From: Owenia fusiformis
Lineage: Eukaryota
Direction of reading: 5' to 3'
DNA: 64,000 bases
Assembly (NCBI GenBank): GCA_903813345.2
Contig: CAIIXF020000001.1
Coordinates: forward strand, 44,826,001 to 44,890,000
The notes below the pieces were generated by a model, which was not told the DNA's origin, did no database searches, and saw only the letters and a program-made list of their open reading frames with translations. Shown one piece after another: positions 52,301 to 64,000 of this stretch; position 1 is the first letter of the stretch, and every line of letters begins with the position of its first letter. The translations under genes were made by a program, and so were the position numbers.

Positions 52301-52947
52301 TGAGAAAATTTAGAGGTATTGGAAATAAAGTCAAGTTACGTTTCCATCAATATTATAAGTTATTTCATCGCCGGTTAAGTAAATAAAAATGTAAACGTAA
52401 AGAGGCTTTAACACGTAGTTCAATGGAGAAAAAAGGTTGCCAAACTTATGGAGGGGAGTGTAGTTCTTAAATTTATTTTTTGCATTGTGTCGCTGTGCTT
52501 TTCCCTCCTCTAAATCTTACACTCCTCACAAATCATTGAGCAACAGAAAGTCCCGTTTTGTAAAGCAGAGTGGAAAAGTATGTATTACTTTGGCGATTTC
52601 AACTTTACAAGTCCTAAATTATAGGTTTTCGTAACTTTATTTGAAGCAACGGTCTTACCAACGACCACACACTTAACAAAACATCGGTCATAGTACGCAT
52701 TTCATAGATATTTCTAATCACTTTATTTGTTCCAGGAATTAGAACTGCTCAATATACCGAGTATTTGGATCACAGCTCACTGTATAAAAAACAATGTTTA
52801 CCTTTCCGTTTCGCTGGTTTGTGGGCTCATTAAGGTTATCAGATAGTTGCATTACCTTGATTACCTCGTGTAATGTTCTATGGAACTTTGAACAATTTTC
52901 ATTGTACTCTCGATCAGCTAAGATCCCAAGGGAGAGGAGAGAGAGAG
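49352..52947 (+). CDS. Candidate 5' coding exons of an unidentified gene continuing beyond the window
   Basis: ATG exon 49352-49541 (MSRENNIFGFDD...NNPI, donor AG|GTGAGT, phase 1); symmetric phase-1 microexons 50030-50065 (GTFQERFTLDNL) and 52918-52947 (AKIPRERRER) with AG/GT borders; no homology recognised. Confidence 0.4.
51585..52460. mobile_element. Tc1-like palindromic MITE
   Basis: TA|CCCTCCCCTCCATAAGTTTGGCAACC ... GGTTGCCAAACTTATGGAGGGGAGTG|TA with arms of over 200 bp. Confidence 0.8.
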
Positions 52948-55900
52948 GTGAGGTACAGTACAGGGTAACACGGGGGAGTAGTTGACCATTGTTTCTTCAC
53001 TATCAGATTTACATCTTCATCCGCAATTTTCTATTTTCTCATTATTTTGATTATTTTACCAAATATGGATATTCCAAGTAATCACGCAATTCTCACGTGG
53101 GCTGTCCAATGTCCACATCATGATTACATGCAATGATTTTCAATTAATTTAAGCAAATGATGGAACGCTGGGGTTTTAATCTTATACTTTTACTTTAGGA
53201 ATTAATATTTTTGTATGATAATTGAAAAATAAATTGCTGAAGTCATAAATTATTATCAATGGTTTGTCATCACCCGTTTTTGACAGTTTGGCCTAAAAAG
53301 GACAAAAAGGCCAAGTTATGCCCAAGAAGGTCCAATTTTGAAGCCTTAGAAGCTTCATACGTCAGTTTGGGTTCCACAGTCACATCTTACAAAGAACGCA
53401 AACTTTACATTTTTACGCTCATTGTACCGTTAGGTGTTCACTAATTTAGGGTGATTTATCCTGACTCCAGTAGAGTATGCGGATGAAGGGTGTCCACTAG
53501 AGACAAGCGTTCACTAGAGAGAGGTGTTCACTAAAAAAACAATCGAATAAAATGTTTCATAAGTAACCAATGGATTGATTGTCAAATAGGACAGTCAGGG
53601 GTAGGGCAGTCAGGGGGATATACACTTCGAAACGATTCTTAGAAATTTTCAGTAATTTTGTATTCAATATTATGTCATCGAGAATTTCAATATTATGTCA
53701 TCGAGAATCTGCAAATGCGTCAATAATTAAAAACTGAAATAAAATTCTAAAATCCCGTGATCATTATGAATTCTTAAAAATGGTAATTATACAAATTAGA
53801 TGTCAAAAATATTTTAACACTGAGCCTTATTGCGAGAACCTCATGTAATATTCATCAAAACAGAAAAATACATCAAAAATTGTTTCCCCGATATTTATTT
53901 GAGGTAAATACCCATGTGAACTGGTAACAGTTTGTTTCTTTACTTACGCAACTTAACCGGAAATAAGTGTCCAACATATTTTCAAGAAGGCCTACATTCT
54001 AATTGATTTCAACTAAATGACTCAACGCGTTCACAATTTACAAAATGTCTTCATCCATTTAGATCAGCTATAATTTACTTACTCTGTGATCAATTGCAGA
54101 ATAATCACCCTTTTGTACGACATTAAAGTAATTAAATCATAAAAAAGTAATCATTTTCGACCGACGAGATAATTGAGGTGACTTAAGTTTAAGTTAGAAA
54201 ACATATCATGGAACTAGTTGGAAAAAGTCTGTTACAAGCACCTGCCGGTCAAATCAGGTTGGTCCGCAGAGTATACGGAAGCAGCAAGCTCTAGATAGAT
54301 AACCATACGATGTGATTTTGATGGTTATGGTGTCTAATTATGCATGCAATTGAAGCAATAGAATCTGCTTTGAATTCTTATCTATCGAACAGTTTAGAAG
54401 GCACTCATTGTGACATCCATAGATATAGAACCTGACTTGTAACAGTCCCTGTTATGTAAGCAAATGAGGAAACGTAGAAACAACTTTTACTAACCGTAAG
54501 TGAAGTGTTTGATAAAGTGAGACACTTGTGGGGAAAGTGGAAGATGACAGAAATGCGGATTTTGGGTGATAATAGCTGGAGAGGTTCACACTCACCCAGG
54601 ATTTTGGGTCTGAGGCGAACAAACTCAACCAGCTCTTCGAAACAGCGACCGCTTGTTGTGCAGGAATGACAATTACCGAACGGCTTTAGAGCGATGGACG
54701 AAAAGTATATGTTTTCGGGTAAGTTGAAGTAACTTTGAACCAACAAATTAAAGTACTCGTGCAAAGTTTGATATATTCTTTCAATATTAAAATATTTCTT
54801 GCGTCTCAAACCATTGTTTTAGACAATTTCGAAGAGATGAATTAAAAATTTGTTGAAATCTAACAATCGCTTATATTTGAACCTATGTTGTCACTTTTTA
54901 AAGTAAACGATTTTCAATTTATGTGATAACCCTTATAAAAAATTCAACCTTGAAAGTCCGAATTTAAACCGTTGCACAATCATTGTACAATCATTGATCC
55001 GATCATTTATGCAACCATGCCAACCGTTACGATGCAACCATTACAATTTTGGTTGTAAACTCATTGAAATGTTTCAATCATATGTAACCATTGTAAACGC
55101 TTGACAATTTTGGTTGCATTTCTTGCAACTGTTTCAATCGAATGCAACCCTTTAAAACTATGGCAATTTTATCTCAATACAACATAAAATAATTATCTTG
55201 CTCTTTAAAAAATATATTTCAAATGTGTGTATTTCATGCATACTGTACATGTCAGAATTTAAATGGTTTGATCAAAAAGATATTTAAAGTATTGAAATAG
55301 TTAAGTAAACTTGTCTTGTGAATGAAAATATATTGAATCAATTTTCATCTAACTTTGAAGGATGGTGATTGTCTAACTCACATGTATATTATCTAGATAA
55401 CAGCAATGCTTAGGCATAGCAAATCCCCCTCGCTGAAGGAAGATGTGTCTGGAAGGAAGAAATCCTTCAATGGGAAAATAATCTGTTTTGATTTGATATT
55501 TTTGATTTGATAGAGAAAATGCAATCAGACATTACAGGATGTGTTTTAAATAATTAAGTCGATAAGCATAACTTAAAAAACTCTGATTACTACGAAGCTT
55601 TAAAAGGGACATATTTTTCAAATTAAAAAAAAATCAATTTTAATTTTTCAAATCTCAAAAAAACTTATAAAAATTCACAAAGTACTTATATAAAATCTAA
55701 AAACTTTAATAAAACACAATTTTAGTTTTGTAATATATCAAAATATTAAATGAAAAATCGATTTTTCTGTTTTAAATCTAAAAAACTTATAAAAATTCAC
55801 AAAATACTTATCTAAAATCTAAAAACTTGAATGAAACAGGATTTGATTTTTGTAATTTCGAAATTCATTTTTCAATTTCAAAATATTTATGGAAAAATAC

Positions 55901-56166
55901 CTAGATTACTTTAAAGAAATCAAATTAGTTTACAGATTTTAAAAATAGTTTTATAAAATACGATGGGACTTTTGCAATTCAAAATATTATTTTCAAAATA
56001 ATTTTCCAAAAGTATAGAATTATAAAAATAATTTTGCAAAATAAAAAATAATTTTACAAAACTAATATTGAAAATGCATAAGTATTTTAATTTTACAAAA
56101 GTCTTCTGTAAAGGAGATTTTGTAGAATCTAGATGCGGCGTGTCATGACTTATAATCGAAGAAGAA

Positions 56167-58034
56167 ATGGAGTCAGATCGAGATGAATGTATAGCCACAT
56201 ACTTTGAAGACGGTTTTACGTACAAGGAGATCGGCATGTTGTTAAAGTTCCGTCATGGAATTACACTTTCGGAGAGACAGATCAAGAGGGATTTAAAGAA
56301 GATGGGGCTCTCAAGAAAATTCGATAAAACTGCCATTGGCACAGTTGCTGACGCTATCATTCAAGAGATAGATCATGGCAGTGGGTCAGCAATGGGATAC
56401 CGGAGTATGCATGGCAAAATCACAAAAGTCCATGGGTAAGTCAATTGATTGATCAATCTCCACAATTTTACCATCGGGGAAGTATCAATGTCCTGATTCC
56501 GGAATCGAGAATAGTATCTGGTACCCCGAATCCCGATTGTAAAATTGTGGAGATTGGATTTGAAAAATCAGCCCCACATTTATGAGGTACATGTATGGGA
56601 AGGCATAGGCTGGAATGTGATTCCGCCAATCAGATCACTTTAAGGCCAGCAACTATTCTGCCGTCAACTGAATACTTTTCTTGAAAATACCTACTGTATG
56701 CTGCCCATCAAGTCAGTTCAACATACACCAGTACTCAATACATGTTACCTAGGTCATCTCAGTACCTGTACCTGTCGCTTAGTTTTCATTGAAGGCAAAC
56801 TCAATTATTAAAAAGATGTCATCATGACGTTTGAAACCGTTGCCACTTGTGGCATAAGTTAAAAAAGTTGTGTCGTATCTTAATCTCAGTACATGTATTT
56901 TCCCCTTTTTGGTCCTCGTCATCTCATTTTCTGGTATATGTCACCTCAGAGTGCTGTTGTTTCATTTTCTGTTACCCATCAATTCAGTTGTTCCCGTCAA
57001 CTCAGTTTTGTACCTGTCATCCCGCCCAATAAGATACTCATAAAGTTCTTTACCATTATACTGTATTTCACTATTTTATCTCCCCTTTTTCTGGCATAAA
57101 ATAAAGTATGACAGCTTTTGTGAATTGCAGGCTGAAAACAGATCATGAAACAATTCGCCGTTTGCTCTCAGTTCTTGACCCAGAAGGTGTACACAAACGA
57201 TCAACGAGACGCTTACAAAGGCGACAATATACATCTGAAGGGAGCAACTATATATGGCATATTGATGGCTGGGATAAACTAACTCCATATGGTTTAACTG
57301 TCCATGGATGCTTGGATGGATTCAGTAGAAGAATATTGTGGCTCAAAGCAGGATCTTCAAATAAAAACTCTATGTTAATTTGCAAATACTTTTGCGATTG
57401 TGTTAAAAATGTAAATGGTATTCCAAAGATTGTTCGCGCAGATCGGGGGACTGAGAATGTCAAGGTTGAACTGCTTCAAACTGTTCTACGCTCTGTAAAT
57501 GATGACTGTTCATGTAAAGTTGCATTTCTGTATGGAAAATCAACTGCAAACCAGAGAATAGAAAGTTTCTGGAGTAAATTTCCAATATATGGAGCAGCAA
57601 TGTGGATATCTCACTGCCGCCAGCTGTTAGATGTTGGCATTATTGACAATTCAAACATACTAGACATTGAGTGTATGAGATATTGTTACATGGATCTACT
57701 GCAAAGAGAACTTGACACAACGCAAAGAATGTGGAATACACACCATATTCAAAAATCAAAATCTGTCAGTTCAGTTAATGGGAAACCAGATATTCTGTAC
57801 TTTGCCCCTGAAGAATTTGGACATAAGGATGTGTTGCAAAAGATTGACCAAGAAATATTTGCTCAGTTAGAATCTGACAATACTTGTGTTGTAGAAACTA
57901 ACAAGGAACACTTCAAAGAATTATTCCAAATGCTTATGGAGGAAAGTGGAAAATCAACCCCTAACACATTAGAGGAGGCAAGAGAGTTGCTGGTTTTTCT
58001 GTTAGATAAAATTAATCATGAACTGCAACAATAA
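56167..58034 (+). CDS. IS3EU-type DDE transposase (integrase core), two exons, 390 aa, apparently intact
   Basis: Exons 56167-56435 and 57131-58034 (GG|GTAAGT...TTGCAG|G) join in frame; N-terminal HTH-like region (YFEDGFTYKEI...ITLSERQIKRDL, GYRSMH), then LDPEGV..R..RRLQRRQY, WHIDGWDKL, HGCLDGFSRRILWL, RADRGTEN and GKSTANQRIESFW. Confidence 0.9.
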
Positions 58035-58504
58035 TCCATTGAATAAGCTTATTCACATCAGTAGGCTTTCAGATTTTTTGAATCAAGCCTGAAGTGTTGA
58101 TGTTTTACAATTCTGTATAATTTGGTCGTAAAGCTGTTAATTGTAATGATTTTTCAAGTGGTTGGAAGTTTTCAGGTAGTTTGTCGGTGCAAGGGTTTTT
58201 TCAAAATATCACCAAATGGCTAACTCCTACTTTGAATTGCAATTCTTTCATTTCTATGTCAGTGCATCCATCTGTTTTTTTGTTGAAAATACAAGAGGTG
58301 AGTGAGTGAACAGCCAATTTGAAATTGTTAAATGGATGTTATAAAAAATGACTTTGGGTGCATTAGACTAGTATTATGCAATGCAATTATATGAAATACT
58401 GTGTAATTAGCTGGAATTGGACACCTTTCCTTGCATAACATGAGCTCCTCTTTCGGTGGGATAATAATCGTATTGAATATATTGATAATGTTCATTCATT
58501 TCCA

Positions 58505-59037
58505 GTTTTTATGTCACCACCAAAAGTGGTGACATATTGTTATGGTCTCGTGGTCTGTTTTTTGTTACGGCGGTTGGTGTCTGGTATCTGGTCTGTAACA
58601 AATTCTTACAACTTTCAATAACTTTACAAATACTGTTTAGACTGACTTCAATTTTTTTCTGAAGCATCTACAAGGTCTTAGAAGTGCATATCTGACTTAA
58701 AATATGAGATTTGACCTTCAATGACCTTCTCAAGATCAACAAAAAAAGGTCAAAAAGGTCTTTTTTCAACTTGCTTCAAATTGACAAAATTTTTTTCCAA
58801 ATCATCTACAAGTTCTCAGGAATTCAAATCTGACTTTAGATTTACGATTTGACCTTTAATGACCTTCTCAAGGTCAAAACGGTCTTTTTTACTCTGCTTC
58901 AAATTGCACAATTTTTTTTTCAAAATCATCTACAAGTTTTCTGAAGTTCAAATCAGACTTTAGATTTAAGGTTTGACGTGCTTTAAATTGACCAAATTGT
59001 TTTAGGTGGTGACATTTTGTCATGTTAATGCCTTGTT
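58505..59037 (-). mobile_element. Helentron-like (HINE) element family II; relatives at about 15040-15360 (partial) and 62893-63050 (short)
   Basis: Shared start AACAAGGCATTAACAT..AAAATGTCACCACC, TTGACCTT-rich internal repeats and terminal hairpin ATGTCACCAC....GTGGTGACAT. Confidence 0.65.
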
Positions 59038-59099
59038 CTTATTCCAGTCTATTGGGATGCACTGGAGTTTTACTTTTCCACTGTGGCCACCCTGTACAA

Positions 59100-59596
59100 T
59101 ACTGTAAAACGGGTATTGTTAGCGAGGGGTAATTGTTAGCGATTGTTAGCGATCGCTATAGTTTCGCTAAAAATTCAATTCGCTAAAGTAAACCGGGGTT
59201 AAAATAAAACGGGCGCTAAAATTTGCAAATTCCCGGGAAACTACATGAATACTAGTATTTAAGGAGCTTTTCGTTCAGTGCTCGACTTCCGGTTTGTAAT
59301 TTGAAAAAGGTAAATATTTTTAAATCGTATGTTTCTTTCAATATCTGAAGGATAAATAGCCATCCATCAGTGAAATAGTATTATAACATGTGCAATAGAA
59401 GTCTTACATTTTGATAATTCCTCTGTCATGTCCGTTATTCATTCTTCTGCCATGAATGATAAAATTTCTAATGCATTTCGCTAATTTGATTTTTTAAAGA
59501 TTAATCTTCATTTCGCTAAAATTTCCCACGCTAAAACCCCCTAAAATTGAAAAATCGCTAAAATTTCCCGGTGTCAAAATTACCCGTTTTACAGTA
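59100..59596. mobile_element. MITE
   Basis: TACTGTAAAACGGGTA ... TACCCGTTTTACAGTA termini with repeated TTAGCG/CGCTAA subterminal motifs. Confidence 0.7.
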
Positions 59597-60595
59597 TGCC
59601 ATTATACTTGTGGGACAAATAAAATGAAATAAAAACACTTAGCATTTTAGTATCTCATTATATTTCTCATAACTAATATTACACAGAATAAGGTATTTCT
59701 GAATTATACACACCAAGATGCACTAGGACTCAGTATTCCTTAAAAAGTAACATCATTATTTAATTCTTTGCAACTGCAAATATTGTTCTTCTTCGTTCTT
59801 TGGGATAATGAATGCATCTTAAGAAATTTAACTTATAAACTAAAAAGTACTTGTTATTTTGATACAAGTGTCAGATACTCTAGTTTACAATTATAAATCA
59901 GAGATTTAAAGAAAATTTGCTTCATTCTTTCTAAATATGGTATAAAAATGACATGGTATAATGATGTTTGGCATGTTCAAAATATTGGCAATATTTTACA
60001 TGCTTCGAAGAGTAATTCTTAACATGATGTAACAGCAATCAATTTACAACAGATAAACTTCAGCTTAAATTATGCACAAATCAAGTACTGAACCGATTTC
60101 TTAATTGGCAATACAACTTACAGAAATCTCCACATTCTATCCACAATTCACACTTACATGTAAATTCACATTTTCAGCATCTAGTAGTATTACATCACAC
60201 AATCCATAGCAACAATAATCAACATCTTAAATTATTCAGGAATGTATATGATATACCTAATAACAGCTCTCACACAGTCATCAAAATTTAGTAATCAAAG
60301 TTTGTATAGAATCGTCTAATTGTTAATACTAAGTACTGTACAGGAACACTTAAAAATATCTTAAAACAAACTTTCTCAAGTACCTTTTTCATAGGCAAGC
60401 TAATGCTATAGGTATATTGATCATGACTAAATAAATATTTTTAAAAAGCTTTCAGAATCAGACTACAAGTGGTCCCACAATGTGTTGGACATGCATCCAT
60501 TTTAGCTATAAAAATAGCAATCACATTTGAGTATTCATAGTCAATAACATATGTCACAATTTTGATTGCATTTCTCTTCTTAGGAATGATAAATA

Positions 60596-61201
60596 CAGGG
60601 CGACTCAAAAAAAATGACACCCACCTTTCGTTGCATAACTTGTTGGTCTATGGTCATACAGACTTGTCATTTAGCACATTTAAAGAAGACATAATGTGTA
60701 AAGACCTCAAGACATTTCAGATGTGTAGCTCAAATGGATCAAATTTTATGAGCGTTACAAGATTTGTTCCATATGACATATATGACGTACATTCCTTTGT
60801 AGGCGAACATGAATTCTACAGGCAAAGTTGTTGATTACCCTTACACATTGAGATATGGCCCTGATCTTCCTTGTAATTTCTCTCTTTAAGTCAGCTGTTT
60901 TGGGGATGTTTTGTCTCATACATATGGTCCTTTAAATACCCCGAGGTAAAAATTTGGTGGGTTAATATCAGGGGAATGGGGTGCCCACTCAATCTCAGAT
61001 CTGCGGCTAATGAGAAAGTCTCCAAAGTGAGAATTTATTGTAATGCTCATAAAATTTAAACCACTTGAGCTACATATCTGAAATTTCTCGAGGTGCTTAC
61101 GCATTATGTCTACTTCAAATGTGCTAAAGGACAAGTCTATATGGTAATGGACAAATAAATTATGCAGCATAAGGTGGGTGTCATTTTTTGCGTCACCCTT
61201 G
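60596..61201 (-). mobile_element. Internally deleted Tc1/mariner-superfamily element
   Basis: TA|CAGGGCGACTCAAAAAA...TTTTTTGCGTCACCCTTG|TA with about 150-bp TIRs; fragment ISRRSEIEWAPHSPDINPPNFYLG resembles the WPPRSPDLNPLDF.LWG motif. Confidence 0.8.
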
Positions 61202-61548
61202 TACATGATGAACGTCATCCAAATATATCCTATTTTAAGAAAATACACAAATAAACAATGTTTGGTCATCAACTGTTTCAATTTTGCTGGAGTTCTAATG
61301 AGATTGTGTGAGACTGGACCCAAAGCTATCCTATTTACACTGTAGAACTACTCCATAGTCAACTTTATTAGACCACAAGAATAATATTACGTCATAGTCA
61401 GTGCTCTCTCATGTTAAATCTTTTTGACACTATGCCTGACACATATTCACTGTACCCTCCACTGTCCACTATTCACAAAACAGCCCCATTTTAATCCACT
61501 ATGTTATAGAAGCGTCTGCAGTCTCCTTTGCCTTCAAACTAATCATCA

Positions 61549-62222
61549 AACTAGACAACACTGAGCAACGCCGAAGCGTAGCAAATCCCATCGAACAGCC
61601 ATTTTACAAAATCCTTCTTCTTTTTCAGTTATAGCAAAAATTCATCATTTTAAAAATGGTCGCTCACTAGCCAAGAGTAATATATGTTTCTAAGTAGGCA
61701 CATATACAATTTCAGCAAAATCACACACACAAACATGTAAATGGTGGCCATTTTTCAAAATGGCTGCCTACTACCTAAAGTGTCATAAAACAGTGTGCCA
61801 TGCTTATGAGTATTCACATATCAAATATGAACAAAATCGCTCCACTACTTTTGAAGTTACAGCAAAAATTGTAAAGTAGCGTGTAAAAGCCGCCATTTTT
61901 CAAGATGGCTGCCATGTGTTTCTTAAATATCTACATTTCTTGCTTTATCAATGTCCTATATAATTTTTTTACATTTTAAACACATTGCTATTACAGTTTT
62001 ATATATTGTACCTAAATTACTGTAAAATCGGCACTAAAATGACCGCCATTTTGAAACGAGTGGCCATTTTGAAAATCGGCTTTCGAGCAGAACTTCTACT
62101 CTCAAAACAAAATCGGGCAAACGGTATTTGAGTTATCCCCCGGACAGACGGATGTACGGAAGGAAGGACGTACGGACGGAGGCGTTCCCTATATCCCTCC
62201 GAACTTCGTTCGATGGGATAAT
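61549..62222 (+). mobile_element. HINE-like element family I, copy 3 (one core repeat)
   Basis: Left box GCAACGCCGAAGCGTAGCAAATCCC, single core unit, short GGAC tract and same 3' hairpin. Confidence 0.72.
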
Positions 62223-62356
62223 TAGAGAAATGAATTCTCAGATGATAGCTTTAAAATGCTAATGCTAAAGAAATCTTAAGCTTCAGGCAATGTCCACTAA
62301 AAAATGTAAATCCTGACAGTGCGCCAGGAAACATGTACAGTATGTAGACAAGACCT

Positions 62357-63748
62357 TTAATGTTTGCCAAAGTACTTATTACTAAATGCATAATCAAATT
62401 TTGCAAATACACTATCTTGTTTGATCCCATCATAATATGGAAGGCGGAAAGTATTTGTGCATGTAGAAGATGTTGGGATATCATCATTGTTGTCATAGAA
62501 TTCAATGGTTAATCCCGGGTCGAACCCTGTTATGGGTTCCGTTTCAGAGCCTGTTATGAATTTAAGTATCATTGGGATATCAACTGGCCTGTTGCCATCT
62601 GAAAATACAAAATATGAAAAGTGAAACACATGTTTATTTTCATTCCAAAAGAGACTTACTTGTAATTCATAAGTTACTATACTAGTAGTAGCAATATTAT
62701 GTGAAAAGCAAATAAAGTAAATAATTGAGTGAGTACAGTTAACCTGTATTGATAAATAGAGGACACTTTGATAATTTTGTTTAAACGAGACCTCTTTAAA
62801 GCACTTATATTTATTCCATATACTGTAATCAGAAGATGTAAGTCAGACTTAGTGTTTTATACTTCTAATTAGCATTACTTGCGCTTGCATGTACAACAAG
62901 GCATTAACATGCAAAATGTCACCACCTGCCATTCAGCTATTTGTGATAGACACAAACTGCCGAACACTGAACACCAACCACCGAACACCATCCACAAAAA
63001 AGTTGGAGACCATAACAATATGTCATCACTTTGGGTGCTGACATAAAAATGAAAAATAGAAGATAATTATCAAAAATTGTTATTTACGCTGTACTTCTAT
63101 TAAGTATTTGTTGAACATTCGAAATATTTTCTCTTCTTTTATTTTACTGTTGGTTCCCGCTTCGGAAAACACAGGTTTTACGAGACTCTTCAACTTGCGC
63201 ATTGTCATGACTGCCTGGGTTCCTGGGCGAAGCAGATACCGCATAACGGGCTTCTTCCTTACAAGCTAAAACAAAATGATTGAAGTACAGTTAGAGGTTT
63301 CAATGAATGCAAGTGGCAAATTAATATAACATTTGGATTTGTAAGAAAAGTTTTTATCTTATGCTACAAGTGCATGCAACCATATTGTAATATATCCTTA
63401 CGATTCTCAGAAAACCCATCTGACATTGTAATCAAAGTCTAGCTACAGATGCTGCCGTTTTAACATTTTTGAGAACAAGTTCCTGAATTATTGCACAAAC
63501 ACACAAATACATGTAGATGAAAAAATAGATGGATTGATGGGTACTCAAATAAATGGATTGATGGGTACTCTCTCTGAACTTTGTTGGGTTTAAATATATA
63601 TTTACCTCAAGCACACCATACATGTTCATTCCTCTTGAAAACTCTCGCTCTCCTCCATTTAGTTCTAAGCTTTCCTTATTTAAGAGTCTATCCATCTGCC
63701 CCTCTGCCAGGAAGTTGACAGGTGGTCCCTCAAAAAGCAATGCCATAG
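62357..63748 (-). CDS. HECT-domain E3 ubiquitin ligase (G2E3-like), last three exons; 5' part outside the window
   Basis: Exons 63748-63606, 63265-63088 and 62598-62357 with AG/GT borders join in frame: MALLFEGPPVNFL...FSRGMNMYGVLELVRKKP...FSEAGTNSKIKEEKIFRMFNKYL...ILKFITGSETEPITGF...IPTSSTCTNTFRLP...KYFGKH*; catalytic-Cys motif P...TC.N.+.LP and near-terminal Phe retained. Confidence 0.88.
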
Positions 63749-64000
63749 CTTAAATTAAAAAAAATATTTCATTTATTTTCTTCAAAGAAAACATTTATGA
63801 CCCCTACATATTTTTAGCTTTCATTTGAATCTAATGGAAAGTACAAAGGCTACTTCATATCAAAGATCAGAGTGACGAAATGACGAAAACTATTCAACTT
63901 ATTTTGAAGCGGAAGTCAATACTCTAAAACGTTTTTAGAAAAGTTTTTCCATTTAAAATGTCTTTGGAAATTTGAAAATGCCTGGTGAAAAAAATTATGT

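Larger units (their letters stand above)
55159..64000. mobile_element. Putative autonomous IS3EU-type transposon (transposase plus convergent HECT gene); right end outside the window
   Basis: Intact transposase, A/T-rich subterminal repeats at 55615-56100 and a candidate left terminus TATGGCAATT at 55159; boundaries not confirmed by a TSD. Confidence 0.5.

Noticed and set aside
54405..54809. 134-aa - strand ORF
   Set aside because: Non-ATG start, no recognisable motif; the + strand exon reading is at least as plausible

Overview
AT-rich, intron-containing animal genomic DNA, probably a marine invertebrate (species cannot be determined from the window); all protein assignments are by recalled similarity, with no database search. 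Host genes: (1) the 3' part of an SLC17A9/VNUT-like transporter (+) with three tandem homologous, frame-incompatible internal exons that look mutually exclusive; (2) intronless BLCAP and TSR2 ORFs in tandem on the - strand, 179 bp apart; (3) a reconstructed 7-exon, 257-aa gene (+, 24655-41097) with a PAC1/PAC2-like proteasome-chaperone pattern, a GC-AG intron and a C-terminal HbYX motif (IYA), whose 13.5-kb intron holds an antisense intronless GDP-fucose transporter (SLC35C1-like); (4) tentative 5' exons and microexons of an unidentified + strand gene near 49-55 kb. The right end carries an intact, spliced IS3EU-type DDE transposase facing a spliced HECT (G2E3-like) ubiquitin ligase, probably one transposon that runs off the window. 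The rest is dense, nested DNA transposons: an 8.8-kb TIR element with an 8-bp TSD in the apparent bidirectional promoter, a 2.6-kb foldback element with an 8-bp TSD, Tc1/mariner, Mutator-, Kolobok- and IS3EU-like MITEs, and Helentron-like (HINE) elements.
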